DNA of 64,000 nucleotides from positions 5,890,001 to 5,954,000 of the forward strand of contig NC_089430.1 of NCBI RefSeq assembly GCF_026210795.1, in the 5' to 3' direction. Origin of the DNA: Rhizophagus irregularis. Its lineage: Eukaryota. Of this stretch, positions 56,125-64,000 are shown in pieces (the first letter of the stretch is position 1; each line of letters starts with the position of its first letter). A model generated the notes under the pieces. That model did not search any database, had not been told where the DNA came from, and saw nothing but the letters and a program-made list of their open reading frames with translations. Made by a program: the position numbers and the translations under genes.

Positions 56125-57278
56125 GAATCTTCGAACTTATCTTCCGTATGGTGTCCAGGGGAAGTTGGTAGAACCACCCCACTGTCGGCCAATTCCGATA
56201 ATAACTATATGGGACGTAGTAGCCCTACTCTGGACGATTTACGTAATGAGCATGGAGTTAATCAAAGAAATGGAGCTTCAAGACCAGAAACATTTTCTTA
56301 TCAGAATGCAAATTACCTTGGCAGACAAAATTACGGAGATGGAACCGAATGCGTTGGGTCGCCCAACAACAGTAAATGTAATGGCATCAATGAAAGAAGG
56401 AAAGATCGTGAAATTTATGTTCGGGACATCAGTCCGCTGTGGAATAGCGACAAGAACAATAACGAAAGGAATGGTGTACAGGAACAACCAATTAATAGCG
56501 AAATCGAGAGCGGCAAATATTCCGATATTGCTATGGTGTCGCAAGAATATTGTCCTAACAGAGAAAGAATTAAAAACTTGCGATTATCCTTGGGGGAATT
56601 GTGCAGAGTGGGCGCCTTTACAGGCAATGCACGAACGGAAGAAAAGCCAAAAACACCATGCCATTTTGTGGTCCCAAACGTACAATATAAAGGACAATTT
56701 TTTATGAACCCATGTCCCATGTGTCGATGGGGGAAAAAAATGATGTAACTCAAAAAGATTGCAAAATTCCGAAAAATCCGTTCTTAGAAGTCGAGATGAT
56801 AGCAAATAAATTAGATCGTAAGCATGCGGCAGAATCTCTTGGCCATTATGTCAAAAATAGAAATCCTGTTTATAAACCTTATTTGGAAGATATTAAAGCG
56901 TATGGTTTTGATCATGTTATTCTCATCGGGGAATGTTACAATGGAATGCTTTTTTTAGACTGCTACGGTCGTTTGTTCGAATGGGGAAACATGATGGCTG
57001 TTTTATGGCCGCTTGGAGATTATTGGAGTGTGATGTCAAAGGGATCTTCAACTAGAAGTGTAATATGGGGTTTAGAGTATGATGGAACTATTACAGAATT
57101 TGAAGACACTACAGATGGTATGTCAAGATTATGTTTATTCCTTTTTTTTTCTTAATTTTTATAATTGTTTTTTTTTCTCCTAGATTTGCCAGAACCTGCC
57201 ACAAAAACGACGGATGTTCACCCTGTTGCAAAGAAGAAAAAGAATTCGAAAAAAAAGAACTCAAAAAAGAAACATTGA
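56125..57278 (+). CDS. Putative zinc-dependent deaminase + SUKH/US22-like domain + basic tail. Interrupted by two -1 frame changes; 5' end unresolved
   Basis: Frame A gives ...PWGNCAEWAPL...; the -1 frame gives MNPCPMC; the next -1 frame gives VILIGECYNGMLFLDCYGRLFEW...LWPLGD. Intron 57118-57183 leads to AKKKKNSKKKNSKKKH*. Candidate splice acceptor at 56124. Confidence 0.6.
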
Positions 57279-57899
57279 ACTGATTTCTGTATTGTGTTTT
57301 GATCAAAATGTGATGTCTAAATTTGATCTATAGTATTCTGAACAAATAATAATGATTATGAAATATCATAATCTGCAGGCGTAAATAATATTTCAAGTTT
57401 ACCAAAAAAATGCAAAAAAAACCAAAAAATTTACTAAATACAATGTATTTTTGCTTACTGCTTGTATACTTCTAATACTTCTTGAAGTGATATCTAATAT
57501 GTAATATTATTAATAAAAAATGAAAAATATTCACAATGCGATAATGTAATAAAAAAATGAAAAAATAAATTATACATTGTGTCACATTTATTGCCATGTG
57601 AAACAGATCCATAAGTGATAGTATATTTGATAAAAAGTCTAAACATTATTACCGTATTGTACAAAATAGATTAGGGAAGGCGTACCAACCACCAATGTAA
57701 ATATAGTAATTGTATTACACTTCTAGTCTATTAGTCTGTTAGTTTTCCACGTGAGAATTAGTCGAAGTTATAATAAATGGAATAATTGCTTACTAATCTT
57801 GGTTTTCATGTAAAACGAAATCTACAACAAATGATTACCTGAACAAGCATCTTCGGAATTGCCCCAAGTATTCGTATAACAAGTAGCCTCTAAGCTTCG

Positions 57900-59100
57900 C
57901 CTACGAAGTAAATTTATTATAACAAACAAATACGCGTATTTAGATAATATGTTGTTCTGTGGCAGAGAGAATAAAAATATAAGTACCGGGTTTATGTGTT
58001 ATTTCTAACATAGAAAAATGCGCTCTGTTGACAATAATTGTCTGGTTCTGAGAAGCCATTTAGAAACATAATCTCTATCAAAATTAAGGAAAACGAAACA
58101 ATTGGCGCAATTGGCGGACTCATAAGACGTATTAAAGCTGAAAAAGATTACTTCGAAACCGTTAGAGCAAAGTGATCTCAGATTATGGCGTACAAATACC
58201 TGTATAGGAAACAATAATACAATTTCCTGTTTTGATCTTTCCGATAGCAACAAAATATTGTCATATTTTTGGAATCAAAGACATTTGGAAAGAAAATCCT
58301 CCCAAATCTAATCTCCACGTTGTTAAAATCGAAGGTTAGTGCTTTCTTTTTGTTTACGTTGGTCTCCATTAATGTAAAAGTAACAAAAATGCTTGTAACT
58401 AGTTATTACTCTCAACTGCATAATTTCTGATACGTACTTGATTGAAATTTCCGTGGAGCGTTGGCGAACTTAAGTCTATGAAGTCTATGATCAAAATACG
58501 ATGGAAACATCTCTTTAGCCATTATCTCTAACAAGATGGTTTTAAACGTTCCTCCCAATCAGGTTATTACATGTGAAGAGGATAGAGGTGTCATGAAAAA
58601 ATAAAATATCGTCGATATACAACTTGGAACATCTTCATGTTATATAAAAAAGCTATATATGATAAGCACGAGAAACAATTTCAACGGAAGATCACCTACG
58701 CTATGGTAACATTAGTCAAATGGAAGGGCAAGTTCGCAAATATTTCGCAAGAGTTTAAGAAGATCTCTATGGGACACATGATGAGAACATTCGAGGATAG
58801 TTAATTTGAAATAACGACAATTTATCTGATGGACCGTTTTGTTGATTTAGTCTAGAATAAATATATCCGGAGATCAAAATCAAAAAATTGTGAATTTTAT
58901 TCACATTTTTTATCGCAGATAGTAGAGCATATCATATGGAGAGTTTATGGAATCGATATTGTTATAACTACCGAAGTTCAATACGGTTAGACAACCACAT
59001 CAAAATGCTAGATTGTGCAAACAATTCATATTTTTGTATTCATCGCCAATAAATTAGCATCTTTACTTACAGTGTAGAATGATAATCGTTTTCTAAATTT
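57900..59100 (+). pseudogene. Heavily degenerate coding remnant, family unidentified
   Basis: Higher GC than flanks and protein-like fragments (DNNCLVLRSHLET*SLSKLRK; KTFGKKILPNLISTLLKSK) broken by many stops and shifts. Confidence 0.3.
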
Positions 59101-59679
59101 ACTATTGAAATATTTCTAAATTTATGTAATTTTTTATTTATACGTTTCAAATTTTCTAATTCAAGTAAATTTTTTAACCTTTCCATATTATTCTAGCTCA
59201 TTGAACTACTTAGAAAATTTCCCTTTGTACTACTTTCCGCCTCCTCCATTATTTCTTGTTTTCAATTGACTAAATTCAAGTTTTGCAAATTAGTGCTTCA
59301 CTTGAATATGATTGCTCTAAAGTGTACTCTAAGGAGTTCTCATTAGAGATTGTCGGAGTTTTTTTGTTAGAAAAATGAGAGTTTTTCCCAGAAAATTTTT
59401 CGTGGGGTGATAGAAAAGTTGATATGTATAAAAATTAATGGTTTGTTATTATTACTAGAAGTCATGGTTAAGCCGGATACTATGATTTAATGAATTTCAA
59501 GAAAAGATAGCCATTTAGAAGAAATACTCATGAACGTGATCGGAATGTCGATCATTTTGGCCAAAATTAACGATGTACTAATTCTGGCCAAACTTGTAGT
59601 TCTAGCGAAATTAAAATTAAAAATTAATCCGGATGATTTTCTAGTTTCTACCCATCGCGAAAATTTTTTTTCAGTAAAA

Positions 59680-61977
<2,298 letters not shown>

Positions 61978-62106
61978 ATATATAGTAAATTATTCAGCTT
62001 TACCTTTTTTTACCTAAATTTTGAAATGATAGCCTTTTAATTTATTTCCCACTTTAAATGTCAATAACTTTTACTTTTTAAATTTCAAAATTAAAAAAAA
62101 GACTAT

Positions 62107-62797
62107 CCCTTAAACCATAAGCAATTGCAGGCAAATTTGCCCACAATTTTACCAAAATTTCAACTCTCATCTAATTTTATAAAAAATAAACAATTTTAAT
62201 AAAATTTTTTCCAAAATAGTTTAAAATATATTGTGCAGCAATTATTATCATTTATTAATTATATATTAGAAAATCGAAAATTACCCATTGGTCAAAAGTT
62301 GTATTTTAAGATAATCACAAAGTTTTAAAAAACTTTGCACTTAACTTTGATGATTTCATTATAATTAATTGTAGCTATATAAAAGCTTAATATAATATGT
62401 AGAATTTGGTATGAGAAACAACTTTTGTTAATATGATTTTTAATGTTTAAAAGTAGGATTTTAACTTTATATAGAACCTTAATGAAAATTTTAATTATAT
62501 ATATATATTCATAAAAATTAATTTTTTTATCTTTATTTTGTTTATAATAAATATTTAAATAGAGAAAAAATATGATAAGTTTAGATTTTATTATATAAAA
62601 ATTCTGATACTATTTTTGCAGACTAATTTCTCATCAATTTTAATGATTAATCCCATATTTCATACAATTTATGGCCAGAATGAGATCAATTGGCTACAAA
62701 TTATGTGATAATTTGGTCAAATTAAAGAATTTTTTATAGCATCATTTATTCTAATTTAGAAATTGTAAGCAAATTTACCTGCAAAATGGTTTAAAAA
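62107..62797. mobile_element. Old degenerate TIR element/MITE
   Basis: ttaaaccat...ttgcaggcaaatttgcccacaattt (62110-62150) is imperfectly inverted at aaattgtaagcaaatttacctgcaaaatggtttaa (62760-62794). No clear TSD. Confidence 0.5.
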
Positions 62798-63260
62798 TAC
62801 TTTTACAGTATTTATTTTAATCAAACATAGTAATTTTACAGAATATAAAAACACTAAAATATAAGTTAAATCGATACTTGATTTAAAATTAAATAAGGTT
62901 CTAGGTATTATTAAAGATCTGAATAGGTCAATTTAATCTGGATTATAGATGGTTCAAGAACACTATCTATTAATACTAGAGATATGATCTTTATTAAATA
63001 CTACCATTCAACATATCTCAGTAAAATGAATCTAATAAATATTAATTCATTTATGTATGATTATTGAATAACAAATAATGCTAAGTTTCACATTTTTTTT
63101 TACTTTTGAAAAAATTTATTTCTCATATAAGTGATTTTTCATTCCCTTAAATTTAATATATAAAAATGATGTCATATTGATCATTTGCCAATTATTTTTA
63201 AAAATGAAATACAAAAAAAATTTTTTTTAAAAATAAAACTTAATATAAATTTATATAATC

Positions 63261-63436
63261 AGGACCCCGGATATCTAATATAAAGGTCATAATGGACTTT
63301 TGGCCAAAAAAGTTCATCAAAATTGGACCACTGGATGCCGAGATATTTACAAAAAACGATTTTTTGAGCCCCTGAAAAATGGGCCAATCTGCCGAAAGTG
63401 TGACTTATGACCTGTTTTGGAGATATCCGGGGTCCT
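63261..63436. mobile_element. MITE (176 bp) with 8-bp TSD
   Basis: Perfect 16-bp TIR AGGACCCCGGATATCT, extending imperfectly to ~32 bp. ATATAATC is duplicated at 63253-63260 and 63437-63444. Confidence 0.88.
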
Positions 63437-64000
63437 ATATAATCTTTAAAAATTATAATTTAAAGGTAATTTTAACTGCTTTACAAATTTATTTAATACT
63501 TTAAGAAAAATTATAAATACCATTTTTGACATTTTTGATAATTTATAACTTGAAGATAAGAAATATCAAATCTTACCTAAAGTGAAAAATAAATTTACTT
63601 TTTACTTTTTTAACATTTTAACATTATATTTTTATTTTATTTTTAGTTTCAGTTGATGAATATTAGAACTCTTAAACAGTTTTAAACTATCTAAAATTAT
63701 ATCTAAAACTGGTTTAGATAGTTTAAAATTATTCAATTAAAAAAACTAATTAGACAAGTTTAAAATTTAATACTACTATAAAGTTTCTGAAAAAATAAAT
63801 ATAATTAAAAATTTTATAATTATAAATTAATATATACACTTATAAATATATTATTTAATATAAAAATTAACTAAAATATAATAACTAAAAGATCCTACTT
63901 AACTTTTAATAGAGGTTTTTAGGTGGGTCCTGTGAATGCCTTGCGTAAAAAGAAGGGCATTTATGCTAAGAATGGCCATTTTTAAATGAACTATAGCCTC

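Noticed and set aside
56745..56787. GT...AG segment as an intron joining the PCPMC frame to the SUKH-like ORF
   Set aside because: Only 43 nt, shorter than the other introns here, and splicing it leads to a stop rather than the SUKH-like frame.

Overview
AT-rich (roughly 25% GC by eye), intron-rich eukaryotic DNA. Gene content (TKL-type kinase family, TRP-like channel, GIN1-type AIG1-Hint gene, DUF3504-type tyrosine recombinases) points to an arbuscular mycorrhizal fungus (Glomeromycota, Rhizophagus-like); this is an inference. The first ~28 kb is accessory and TE-rich: a Mutator-like MITE, a nested complex (outer ~90-bp-TIR element containing an intact pogo/Tigger transposon and a decayed Crypton-like tyrosine-recombinase element), an intact TRP-like channel gene, a decayed GIN1-like AIG1-GTPase/Hedgehog-Hint gene, a second near-intact Crypton-like element, and a tandem kinase pair whose first copy carries a solo LTR and a hAT-like insertion at splice signals. 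From 28 to 54 kb is a core block: O-fucosyltransferase-like, NDUFAF7-like, RPC25, LTE1-like RasGEF, tRNA-Leu(CAA), CDC10 septin, LCB2, a CFAP300 ciliary-factor homolog, FOL1 and SRP54. A small island between SRP54 and mitochondrial ProRS holds the most interesting locus. It has a zinc-deaminase-like domain (GNCAE...PCxxC) directly followed by a SUKH/US22-like domain and a basic NLS-like tail, a pairing reminiscent of bacterial toxin-immunity modules, and it is split by two single-base frame changes. All family calls are by motif recognition; no searches were run.
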